Both the position numbers and the translations under genes were made by a program. The notes under the pieces were generated by a model. The model was given only the letters and a program-made list of their open reading frames with translations, was not told where the DNA came from and searched no databases. Shown piece by piece: positions 39,518 to 47,881 of a stretch of DNA of 64,000 bases. The stretch's first letter is position 1. The number at the start of each line of letters is the position of its first letter. Origin of the DNA: an uncultured Candidatus Entotheonella sp. (GTDB taxonomy: Bacteria > Tectomicrobia > Entotheonellia > Entotheonellales > Entotheonellaceae); NCBI GenBank assembly GCA_965215335.1, contig CBDCDA010000002.1, positions 64,001 to 128,000 of the forward strand, written 5' to 3'.

Positions 39518-40609
39518 ATGAACACCCAGTGGTTACTCGCACGCACGCCGCCCGACGGGCTGCCGGTGGGCGACGACTTGAGGCTGACCGAGACCCCCAT
39601 TCCCAGCCCCGGCGCCAACCAGATGCTGACACGCACGATCTACCTGTCGCTGGACCCGTATCAGTGGGGGCGACGGCGCAGTGGCTTGGAAGCCGTGGGC
39701 GAGGTCTGTCACGGGCGCACCGTTTCGCAGGTGGTTGCAAGCAACCTGACGGCCTACCGCGAGGGCGATTTCGTCTTTAACACGAACGGCTGGCAGGCTT
39801 ATGGCCGCACGGGTGAGGGCATTTCGGTGTTCACCTACATGTTCCCGCGCAAGATCGACCCCGCGCTGGCCCCCATCTCCACAGCCGTCGGCGTGCTGGG
39901 CATGCTCGGCCTGACGGCCTACGCGGGGATGTACGTCCAGTGTGCGCCCAAAGTCGGGGAGACAGTCGTGGTGTCGGCGGCTTCCGGCGGGGTCGGGCAG
40001 ATCGCCGGCCAGATTGCCAAGTTTCTCGGCTGCCGCGTGGTGGGAATCGCCGGCGCCCCGAACAAGTGCGCCTTCGTGACCGAGGTCCTGGGTTTTGACG
40101 CCTGTGTGTCGCACAAGAGACCGGATTTACCGGAAGCGCTGGCCGCGGCGTGTCCTGACGGCATCGACGCCTACTTCGAGAACGTCGGCGGCAAGGTGTT
40201 CGAAGCCGTCCTGCCGCTGCTCAATCGGCGTTCGCGCATCAGCCTCTGCGGCCTGGTCTCGCAGTACGGCAACCCGTCCCACGACGACCCGCACGAGGCG
40301 TGGCGCAGCCGGGGGCAATCGGCGTTTCAGCGCCACAACGTAGCGGTGCACCAGCTTGTTGTCGGGAACTTCGTGGCCACGCACCAGGAGCCATTTCTCG
40401 CCGACATGGCGGGCTGGATTCGAGACGGACGGGTCAAATACAAGGAGGATTTGTGGCCGGGGCTGTGGCAAGCCCCTGCGGCGTTCCGGGCCATGCTGGA
40501 AGGCGGCAACTTTGGCAAGACGCTGGTGGGCGTCGGGGACGATCCCACGCTTGACGAAAACCTGAAGACCCGACGGGCAAGCGATAACGTGCTGGGGGCG
40601 GCGTCTTGA
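39518..40609 (+). CDS. NADP-dependent MDR oxidoreductase (CurA/prostaglandin reductase-like)
   Basis: YLSLDPY, LGMLGLTAYAG, VSAASGGVG, YFENVGG and GGNFGKTLV motifs. Confidence 0.92.
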   Translation: MNTQWLLARTPPDGLPVGDDLRLTETPIPSPGANQMLTRTIYLSLDPYQWGRRRSGLEAVGEVCHGRTVSQVVASNLTAYREGDFVFNTNGWQAYGRTGEGISVFTYMFPRKIDPALAPISTAVGVLGMLGLTAYAGMYVQCAPKVGETVVVSAASGGVGQIAGQIAKFLGCRVVGIAGAPNKCAFVTEVLGFDACVSHKRPDLPEALAAACPDGIDAYFENVGGKVFEAVLPLLNRRSRISLCGLVSQYGNPSHDDPHEAWRSRGQSAFQRHNVAVHQLVVGNFVATHQEPFLADMAGWIRDGRVKYKEDLWPGLWQAPAAFRAMLEGGNFGKTLVGVGDDPTLDENLKTRRASDNVLGAAS

Positions 40610-40687
40610 AGGGCGTTGAATGGCGGAACGTCGGATCGTGCCGCGCTGATTCGACCTGCACTGAATTGAAAAGCCGCACCACCGCAC

Positions 40688-41263
40688 TCAGTCCCGACCG
40701 GGGCCATTGGGCGATTGTGGAGGCGCCGTTGGCTCAGCACCGAACGCTGCGGGACTGGCCTTCCGCTCCAATTCACGACTCTTGTGGCGTTTTGACCAGA
40801 CAAACACGCCCGCCAGAGCGGCAAGAGCGGACAGGCTGATCGCTGCTCCCGAGACAGATTTATCGAAGGCCATAAGACCGATGCCACCCATGAGAGCGAT
40901 CGTTACGATAACAAACCCGAAGATTTGGCCTCGTGACTCCAACCGCACATTAGAATCCACGACTTTCGATTCGATGGCGCGTCGATGGCCCGCCTGTAAT
41001 TCAGCCATTCGAAGAATACGTTCAGCTGCTCCAGGAGCTATTCCCTCGTATTCCGAAAGATGCTCTGGGAGGGGAAGCGGACCCGCAAAGTGAGCCTGGA
41101 CTACCTGCGTTTCTTGTATTTGGAGTTCGGTGGTTTTGTCGATTCCTGAAGGCAGGGTGGGCCTACGCAGTGCCTGTTGATCAGCGGATTGAGGTGCAGT
41201 TGTCGTTTGTCGTGGATTGTTGCGCCTGTTACGTCTGCGGCTCACGGGGTGTCCCTTGGACAA
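40688..41263 (-). CDS. DUF2335-family membrane protein
   Basis: FAGPLPLPEHLSEYEGIAPGAAERILRMAELQAGHRR motif followed by two TM helices; start 41263 (TTG) or 41245 (GTG). Confidence 0.88.
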   Translation of the reverse strand: MSKGHPVSRRRNRRNNPRQTTTAPQSADQQALRRPTLPSGIDKTTELQIQETQVVQAHFAGPLPLPEHLSEYEGIAPGAAERILRMAELQAGHRRAIESKVVDSNVRLESRGQIFGFVIVTIALMGGIGLMAFDKSVSGAAISLSALAALAGVFVWSKRHKSRELERKASPAAFGAEPTAPPQSPNGPGRD

Positions 41264-41894
41264 GGTGCGCGTTCATAGCCGCTCCGAGGTCGTCCCCTAC
41301 CGCGCTCCAGTCATGATAGATTGCCAACGCATCAAGTCGTTCGTCGCTCATACCCCATTGATAATCGTTCAGGGTTCCCATGAAGTCGAGCGTCTGCGCC
41401 AGCCCTGAAAGGAACGACGGCATGGTGAAACGAAAAGATGCGTGAGAATAGCCAAACGCAGCCTGCGGGATAAGGCTGTTGACCGCCATCTCGGGATATT
41501 GGCGATAGATTGCCGACAGCAGGTGTTTGAAGGGAACGAAGCGTATCCACTTGGCAGCGTCTTCCATGTAGCGAGCCGCCGGTTTCGAGAGCGTTCTCAA
41601 AACCGCCATGCCCCTCGCATAGCCTGAATCCGTCAGTGAATACCTGTTATACCGTCCGGTTGTGTCGATAGTTATCTTTCCCTGCTCGGCCAAGCTGTCG
41701 AGGGCCTCATAGACCGCTTTATCGAAAGGGCCGTAATGGTAGGGCTCGAAATGAAAACAGGGGCCATCGATATACTGCGGGATCTCTTTATCAAGCAGGA
41801 AGAAGAGTTTCTGCACACGAACCGGGTCGTATCGCGCGCCCGCGCCACCGGCTGCCATGGCAGCCAACACGACGTCGAAACGTTGCCTTGCCAT
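41229..41894 (-). CDS. Panacea/SocA (DUF4065)-like protein with a fused C-terminal domain
   Basis: VRVQKLFFLL...FEPYHYGPFDKAVY...LLSAIYRQYP resembles the Panacea QKLxY and xxGP motifs; extra C-terminal PSFLSG...DALAIYHDWSAVGDDL segment. Confidence 0.65.
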   Translation of the reverse strand: MARQRFDVVLAAMAAGGAGARYDPVRVQKLFFLLDKEIPQYIDGPCFHFEPYHYGPFDKAVYEALDSLAEQGKITIDTTGRYNRYSLTDSGYARGMAVLRTLSKPAARYMEDAAKWIRFVPFKHLLSAIYRQYPEMAVNSLIPQAAFGYSHASFRFTMPSFLSGLAQTLDFMGTLNDYQWGMSDERLDALAIYHDWSAVGDDLGAAMNAHLVQGTPREPQT

Positions 41895-42040
41895 CGTCCT
41901 GTCTCCCCTCAGGACATTTGAAACAGTTCGGCACAGTTCGGCGAACAGCGCCGTTGGTAAGGTTGGCATACTATATAGCAATTCGTACGGGAGTTCATAC
42001 GCAGGACTCTGACGGGTACAGCCTACGGGCTTCCCTCACC

Positions 42041-45000
42041 TTACGAGATCACCACCACATCCTTCTCAGTCTCAGCATACAAATCATCCATCTCGCCCTG
42101 AATCCCGATCGTCACCCCGATGGCCGTCACCATGCGACAGTAGGTGCGGACGTCGTCGAGGTCAAGGCGGCGGCCCCTGCGGTCTTTCAGCCATTTGTCG
42201 CAGACCTGGTAGCCACCGATGCGGTAAGCATGAACCTCTGGCGGGACGGGACCGAAATACTGGGTTTTGTTGACGTACAGGCGTTGCTCGCCGGGGTCGT
42301 AGCGAAAGCCCTGCGACTTGGTTCGGGCCACCACGGCATCGCCGGCGCCCTCGAAGCGGCAAGTCGGCGTGTCGAGTTCGGGGGAGTCGAGGAGATGCAG
42401 AGCGGTCAAGCGCGCGCCCAGGGCGGCGACTTGGGCGAACACGGCGCGGTTCTTCGTGAATGGAACGCGCGGGAAGTCGGTGCGCAGAAACTCGGCGTAC
42501 CTGGCGCGACAGGTTGGGGCGTACAGGACGGCGTAAACGTAGTGGAAGACGTCTTCGGGCGCAGGTGCCTGACCATGTGCCACCGTCAGGGCCGCGATCA
42601 GCTCGGGATTCAGGTTGGGTTGCCGCGCGGATGGTTCGAGCCTTGCGAGAAGGTCACCGCGGTCGGCAGTGGGATAGAGATACAAGGGATGCGCATACCC
42701 GATCTCTCTGGTCTTGTTGGAAACGCAACAACTTTCAGCAATGCCCTTGGTAACCAGGCAGTGCTGCCACGTTTCGCTGACCGTTTGTCGGCAGATGTGA
42801 AGCGCCAGATTGTCCCCGGCCAGCATGTGGCGCATGACCTCGGGTCGAGGCATGCAGATGAACCCCCGCGACCGCCCGGTGTAATAGGTGTGGCGCACGT
42901 CAAAGGGCCGGTAGAAGATCGGTACCACCCGCTCGCGGGCGGGTCCCGAATCGCGCACGTCCTGCTGCGCCAACATCACTTTCCAGTCCCGCGCGTCTTT
43001 GCCAAGCCCATACCCTTGCCGGGCCAACTCCGGCTCCATCCGCGAGAAGACGGACACCGTGCTCCACACCTCATCCGTCGACCAGCGAATCGTTAGGCTG
43101 TCGCGTGCCGTGACGATGCCGACGCTGTGCACGGGAAACACCTCGGCCACCGGCATGAAGCGGCTGTATACGGCTTCGAGTGCCTCGTCGCGTGGCACGA
43201 ACAGGTAGCGCGGCGACGCCGGATACAACACCTGCCACTCGGTGCTGTCCCGGTCGTGCACACGCAGCCAGGCGTATTTGCTCTCACGGGTCCCGAAACG
43301 CCCGGCGTGATGAATCCGGGCCTCCTGGCCGTCCGGCATTGAATCGCCCCGCTTCACGAAAAAGGCAATGGCCACCCCCTGGCGAATATCGAAGACGTTC
43401 TGGTCCGGGCTGCCATCCGGTCCGGTTTCCTTCTTCAGCGCATTGCCGTGCAGGTCGAGAACGTAGAGGTCGTCGAAGGTGCGCAGAAGGCTTTGGCGCA
43501 TGCCGCGGAAAGTGGGGTTATCGAGGTAGCTGTGGTTGGTGATCATGCCGACGGAGCCGCGTCCAGCCTGCTCGATCTTCCACTGCGCGTAGCGCAGGAA
43601 CTTGACGTAGTCGTCCTGCAGCCATTTCGGATTTTTCTCGCCCAACGGCTGGCCGTCCACCTGCTTGTAATTGTCGATCAGCCCCCGTATCCAGGCCCCC
43701 TTGTTGCTGGAGTGTCCCGAATAGGGCGGATTGCCGAAAATGAGTAGAATCGGCTTTTCCTTCTTGACCACGCCCGCCAGACGGGATTCGGCAGCCAGGG
43801 CCGCAATGCCCGGCAAACGGCTTTCCTCCAACTCCTTCCAGTCCAGGGTATTGGTGAGGTAGAACGGCATGCGTTCGTCGTCGCCCAGGCGGTGGCCGAG
43901 TTCTTCCAGGAAGAAGCTCATCTTGAGGTGGCCGACCGCATAGGGCGCCATCATCAGTTCAAGGGCGTAGAAGTTCTGGAGAACGTGCTGGCGGATGAAG
44001 TCCGCCTTGCCGCCGCTGCCGTACTTGGCTTCAAACTCGGCCACCGCCTCCTGGGCGGCCCGGGCCACGAAGGTCATGGTGCCCGCCGCGGGATCGAGCA
44101 GCGTCACGCCTGCCGAGGCGAGGCCGTCGCGCAGGCCGAAGTCGCTCTTTAGCAGACCGTGCAGGGAACGAACGATATAGCCGACCACCGGTTCGGGGGT
44201 GTAGTAGACGCCGCGCCGCTCGCGCTCGTCGGGGTCGTACTGCGCCAGAAACGTCTCGTAGAAGTGTACGATGGGGTCGCTGCCTTTGCCCTCCCGGTAG
44301 CAGTGACCAAGGATGCCCGGGCCGTCGGCCACGGCCAGGACTTCGGCGAGGTCATCCACGCACCAGGCGAGTGGTTCCGGCAGATCGCCCAGCGAAATGA
44401 AACGGAACATGTCACGCAGGACGCCGATGGTGTGGGGAATGTTGTCGAACGCGGCGCGGCGATTGAAGCCCTCGCCGGCACGGATACGGGCCGCAAAAAG
44501 GCCGTAGGCGATGGTCTGCGCGAAGAGGTCGGCGAATTCCTCCGGCGTCAACGAGCCGATGAGGTATTCCCGGAAGGCGTCAAAGAAGCCGCGCAGCAGG
44601 CCGGGGTCGTCCGCCTCGTCGTCGTATTGGTCTCGGACGACCTCGCGGAGCAGGCGCGTGCGCCTGGCCAGCTCGACGGCGAGGGATTCGGCGGTGAACG
44701 TCTTGGGCAGAGCAAAATCGAGGAAGCGCTCGAGGAGGGCCGAGAGATCTTCCGGGCGCTCAACCGGCGGTGCCGTGTGCAGTTGATTGAGCACCAGAGG
44801 CCGGGCGGCGAGAACCGTCTGCTCCCGCACCCCGTTACGGTACAGGCGGAACTCCAGAAAGTTGGTGAGCAGCAGATTCGGGAAGGTCGACCGGTAGCGG
44901 CGCAGCTGCTCGGAGTTCTCGATGTCGTCCAGCCGCTCTTCGGTCGGCCTCTTGGCCTCGACGTAGCCGATGACGCGGTCCGTGCCGTTCCACAACCGAA

Positions 45001-45190
45001 AATCCGGATTGCCACCCTCGGTCGGCTTGGGCAGGGTGGTAACGTGCACGTGCTGCCGGCCGCTGTCGTCGGCCACCGTCTTGAGCATCGCCGCCAAAGC
45101 CGGGTAGAAGCTCTCCTCGCGCGCGTCGCCTTGCCGCGCGGTGGTGGCAAGATCCTTGAAATAGTCGGCAAAGACAGCTTTCCGATTCAT
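42041..45190 (-). CDS. Single-chain restriction-modification enzyme (Type IIG-like; m6A MTase with an ISP-type C-terminal specificity domain, no helicase)
   Basis: N-terminal PDF...YVEAK nuclease motif; [28 protein letters not shown] and [14 protein letters not shown] motifs. Confidence 0.9.
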   Translation of the reverse strand: MNRKAVFADYFKDLATTARQGDAREESFYPALAAMLKTVADDSGRQHVHVTTLPKPTEGGNPDFRLWNGTDRVIGYVEAKRPTEERLDDIENSEQLRRYRSTFPNLLLTNFLEFRLYRNGVREQTVLAARPLVLNQLHTAPPVERPEDLSALLERFLDFALPKTFTAESLAVELARRTRLLREVVRDQYDDEADDPGLLRGFFDAFREYLIGSLTPEEFADLFAQTIAYGLFAARIRAGEGFNRRAAFDNIPHTIGVLRDMFRFISLGDLPEPLAWCVDDLAEVLAVADGPGILGHCYREGKGSDPIVHFYETFLAQYDPDERERRGVYYTPEPVVGYIVRSLHGLLKSDFGLRDGLASAGVTLLDPAAGTMTFVARAAQEAVAEFEAKYGSGGKADFIRQHVLQNFYALELMMAPYAVGHLKMSFFLEELGHRLGDDERMPFYLTNTLDWKELEESRLPGIAALAAESRLAGVVKKEKPILLIFGNPPYSGHSSNKGAWIRGLIDNYKQVDGQPLGEKNPKWLQDDYVKFLRYAQWKIEQAGRGSVGMITNHSYLDNPTFRGMRQSLLRTFDDLYVLDLHGNALKKETGPDGSPDQNVFDIRQGVAIAFFVKRGDSMPDGQEARIHHAGRFGTRESKYAWLRVHDRDSTEWQVLYPASPRYLFVPRDEALEAVYSRFMPVAEVFPVHSVGIVTARDSLTIRWSTDEVWSTVSVFSRMEPELARQGYGLGKDARDWKVMLAQQDVRDSGPARERVVPIFYRPFDVRHTYYTGRSRGFICMPRPEVMRHMLAGDNLALHICRQTVSETWQHCLVTKGIAESCCVSNKTREIGYAHPLYLYPTADRGDLLARLEPSARQPNLNPELIAALTVAHGQAPAPEDVFHYVYAVLYAPTCRARYAEFLRTDFPRVPFTKNRAVFAQVAALGARLTALHLLDSPELDTPTCRFEGAGDAVVARTKSQGFRYDPGEQRLYVNKTQYFGPVPPEVHAYRIGGYQVCDKWLKDRRGRRLDLDDVRTYCRMVTAIGVTIGIQGEMDDLYAETEKDVVVIS

Positions 45191-45290
45191 GACGGCGTCC
45201 CCCTTCACCGTGCATGGTATCCAGAATCAGGTTCCGATACCATGCCTTGATCGGCAATCATACCCAACAGGCGGAAGGAGGCCCTTGGCA

Positions 45291-45503
45291 ATGGCTGGAT
45301 CGTATTTCGAGGAATTTGCCATCGGGCAGGTGCTCGGGCATCAGCCCGGGCGCACGGCGACGGAAGCGGACAACGTGCTGTTCACCACCATGACGATGAA
45401 CCCGCAGCCGCTGCACCTGGACGCGGCGTTTGCCAGCCAGACGGAATTCGGGCAGCGGCTGATCAACAGCTGGTGTGAGAGCCGGACGGCGGGGACGGTT
45501 TAA
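45291..45503 (+). pseudogene. Truncated MaoC-family dehydratase
   Basis: MAGSYFEEF...[25 protein letters not shown]...FGQRLINS, then unrelated residues and a stop at codon 71; about half of the usual ~150 aa; RBS AAGGAGG intact. Confidence 0.8.
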
Positions 45504-45832
45504 TCATCCTCGCAAAGCGCCCGCAGCATGGCCCAGGGGTAGATGCCGGTGCGGTGGCCATCGTCCCATTCGATGCCCAGGGCGTAATGCCCGACGGCGC
45601 TCAGGTGCACCGGCTGCACGTCGTGGGTGGTGACGGTGATGACGGTCTGGAAGGGGTTTTTGTCGGCTTCCTGCTGGATGCGCAGTTCGCCGCAGGTGGC
45701 ACAGGGGCAGACTCGGCGCAGGTTGCCGTATTCGTAGAAGCAGGCGCGCCCGTCGTTCCACAGGATACGCAGGGCGCCACCGTCGTTGCGCTGAATTTCC
45801 ACGGGATAATACGAGTCCAGCGATCCGGCCAC
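45500..45832 (-). CDS. DUF971 / gamma-butyrobetaine hydroxylase-like N-terminal domain protein
   Basis: LRILWNDG...[10 protein letters not shown]...[24 protein letters not shown] start with RBS GAGAGG. Confidence 0.9.
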   Translation of the reverse strand: MAGSLDSYYPVEIQRNDGGALRILWNDGRACFYEYGNLRRVCPCATCGELRIQQEADKNPFQTVITVTTHDVQPVHLSAVGHYALGIEWDDGHRTGIYPWAMLRALCEDD

Positions 45833-45860
45833 AACCGACCTCTCTGCCCGCCTGCTCAAA

Positions 45861-45899
45861 GCCGGCAGGAGGGCCCTTCGGAGTGGCCCTCCTGCCGGC
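45861..45899 (-). terminator. Strong hairpin after the selenoprotein gene (terminator or stabiliser)
   Basis: Perfect 15-bp stem GCCGGCAGGAGGGCC/GGCCCTCCTGCCGGC; only TTT follows on the minus strand. Confidence 0.55.
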
Positions 45900-45906
45900 A
45901 CGGCCG

Positions 45907-46569
45907 TTAGCGCCCCATATCCTCGCGGCGGCGCGCCTCCGAAGCAGCGGCGGCCGCTGCCGATGCGGGCTTCTTGATTTCCATGACGTACGGACGCGGG
46001 GCGGCAATGTTGTACAGCGCGTGGAAGAGTTCCACGTCGTCCGGCCCTTCCCAGGCCCCGGCATCGAGTTTGATGAAGGTGGGCTGATACCCGTCGAAGA
46101 GGATGGTCGGCACGCCGAAAATGTCGTGCTCGTCCGATTCCTGATGATCGGCGCCAACCGACGCGCGATACTTGCGGGTGCGCAGGTCCTCGGCCAGCAC
46201 GGTGGTTTCGACGTCGACCTCGCGGGCCAGCTGCATCAGTTCGAGGGGATTGGCAATGTCCCGTTTCTGCTGGTGGTGCGCCCGGAACACGGCGATATGG
46301 AACCGATTGAAGGCGTCTTCGCCCTGCTCGGCCAGGATGCTCTTGGCGGCTTCATGGGGCGGGATGTCGCGGCTGGTGAAACGGGGGTCTTCCCAGGCTT
46401 TCCATTCCAGCCCGCGGCGACTGTTGACTTGCTCCAGCAGAAACGACTTCCAGGTAATGTTCAGGTCTTCGCCCAATTTGTCTTGCACGCGACCGAGCCA
46501 CTCCGCGGCTCGCCAAGCGTAGGGTCAAACGTAACAACTCCAGATGGTGAAGTCATAGCCTTGGCTCAT
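45907..46569 (-). CDS. DsbA/Rv2466c-like thioredoxin-fold selenoprotein (Sec at codon 15)
   Basis: RBS AAGGAG and ATG 46569; MSQGYDFTIWSCYV-TGA-PYAWRAAEWLGRVQDKL continues in frame into the listed 193-aa ORF; cis-Pro motif FGVPT; hairpin follows the TGA. Confidence 0.88.
46486..46524 (-). promoter_or_regulatory. Putative bacterial SECIS element
   Basis: Immediately 3' of the UGA: lower stem UACGC/GCGUG, upper stem CGAGCCGC/GUGGCUCG, G-rich apical loop GGA starting 21 nt after the UGA. Confidence 0.75.
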
Positions 46570-46680
46570 GAAGGTTCTCCTTGCTGCGTTGCGGGCCGCG
46601 TGGCCCTTGCATGGTGTGAGTGAGAGGAACCGATGGTAGCACACCGCCCTGGGGTTGTCAGGTCCAGCAGACGGCGGAAC

Positions 46681-47022
46681 CTACAGATACATGCCGCGGC
46701 CCAGCGCGCTGGCTTCCTCGTCCTCGGTGTGGTCAAAGTCTTCGCGGCCCGGGAAGTGGGCGACGGAGCGGATGTTGCCCCAGGGAATCAGCACGTAGGC
46801 GAGGTGCTCCTCGTGCTGGCGCTGGTCCGGCGGGATGAGGATGCCGTTGTCGTAGCGAACGCGCGTGGTCTCCAGCTTGGGATTTTCGATCCACAGACCG
46901 ATGGAGTCGCGCCCCACCACTTTGGCGTAGAACTTGCGCTCCTTGATGCCTGCCGCCTCCAGCCCTTCGTGATGAAAGATCATCACCATGACCATTCTGT
47001 TTATCGTATCGTCGATTGTCAT
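46681..47022 (-). CDS. Hypothetical protein (beta-rich, possibly Sm/SH3-like)
   Basis: About 113 aa with host-like codon use; AKVVGRDSIGLWIE...YVLIPWGNIRSV pattern; start uncertain, 47022 or 47052. Confidence 0.75.
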   Translation of the reverse strand: MTIDDTINRMVMVMIFHHEGLEAAGIKERKFYAKVVGRDSIGLWIENPKLETTRVRYDNGILIPPDQRQHEEHLAYVLIPWGNIRSVAHFPGREDFDHTEDEEASALGRGMYL

Positions 47023-47210
47023 CGTCAACGACCTCGCCGCGGCATGGTCCATGGCCTCAGGGCAGGTTGCTTGCTCACCTCCGGCACGGGCTCTCCCGCC
47101 TTAACCAACGTCAACGAGACTTGGACGGGGCATAGTAGGCAATCCACAAGGGCTTTGCAAGCAGCCGAAGCGCTCGGGAACGAGCCGGTCTTACCCGTCG
47201 CGGGCGACGC

Positions 47211-47239
47211 TTGAACTTGCGCTGCCCACAACCTATCAT
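47211..47239 (+). promoter_or_regulatory. Candidate sigma70 promoter of the DUF507 pair
   Basis: TTGAAC, 17 nt spacer, TATCAT, 38 nt upstream of ATG 47277. Confidence 0.5.
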
Positions 47240-47276
47240 TCCCTGAGTTTGCCGGACAATGCGAAGGAGGACGGGG

Positions 47277-47558
47277 ATGCGGCTGGGCAGGAAAATGATC
47301 GACCACGTCGCCAGGACCATCACGGACGTGTTGACCCGGAAAGAGGTGCTGGATCTCAAGGTGGACCCGCGTGCCGTCACCGAGGAAGTGAGCCGGCTGA
47401 TCGTCGACGACCTGATGGTCGAGGATCGGCTCAACGACGAGGTAAGAGACATCCTGGAGGCCCACAGCAACGAGATGGACCGCGGCAACATCGACTACTC
47501 GCGCATGTTTTCCATGGTCAAGCGTCAGCTTGTGCGAGACCGCGGCCTGATTCTGTAG
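47277..47558 (+). CDS. DUF507-family protein (copy 1)
   Basis: MRL...IDHVA...EDRLNDEVRDILE...IDYSRMFSMVKRQLVRDRGLIL; RBS AAGGAGG. Confidence 0.85.
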   Translation: MRLGRKMIDHVARTITDVLTRKEVLDLKVDPRAVTEEVSRLIVDDLMVEDRLNDEVRDILEAHSNEMDRGNIDYSRMFSMVKRQLVRDRGLIL

Positions 47559-47587
47559 ACGGGCAGCCCAGAGCGGGGAAATTACCG

Positions 47588-47857
47588 ATGAGCCTCTCAC
47601 GAGAAAAAGTCAACCATCTTTCGCAGCTTGTCGTGCGGCGGCTGGAGGAGATGCCGGGGGTGACGCTGCGCATGCCCTCCAACACCGTGCGGCTGCAGAT
47701 CGTGAGTGCCATACAGGAAGCGCTCCGGCTCGAAGAGGAAGTCGACTTCGCCGTCCGGCAGACCCTGGCATCCTACACGCGCAAGGTCGTGGAAGGCAGC
47801 CGGGAATGGGACGTGATGTATCAGAAGCTCTACGAGTTGGAACTGGACAAGCATTAG
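47588..47857 (+). CDS. DUF507-family protein (copy 2)
   Basis: MSLSREKVNHLS...VEGSREWDVMYQKLYELEL. Confidence 0.85.
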   Translation: MSLSREKVNHLSQLVVRRLEEMPGVTLRMPSNTVRLQIVSAIQEALRLEEEVDFAVRQTLASYTRKVVEGSREWDVMYQKLYELELDKH

Positions 47858-47881
47858 ACGCTTTCGCACGCCTCTCCGGAG

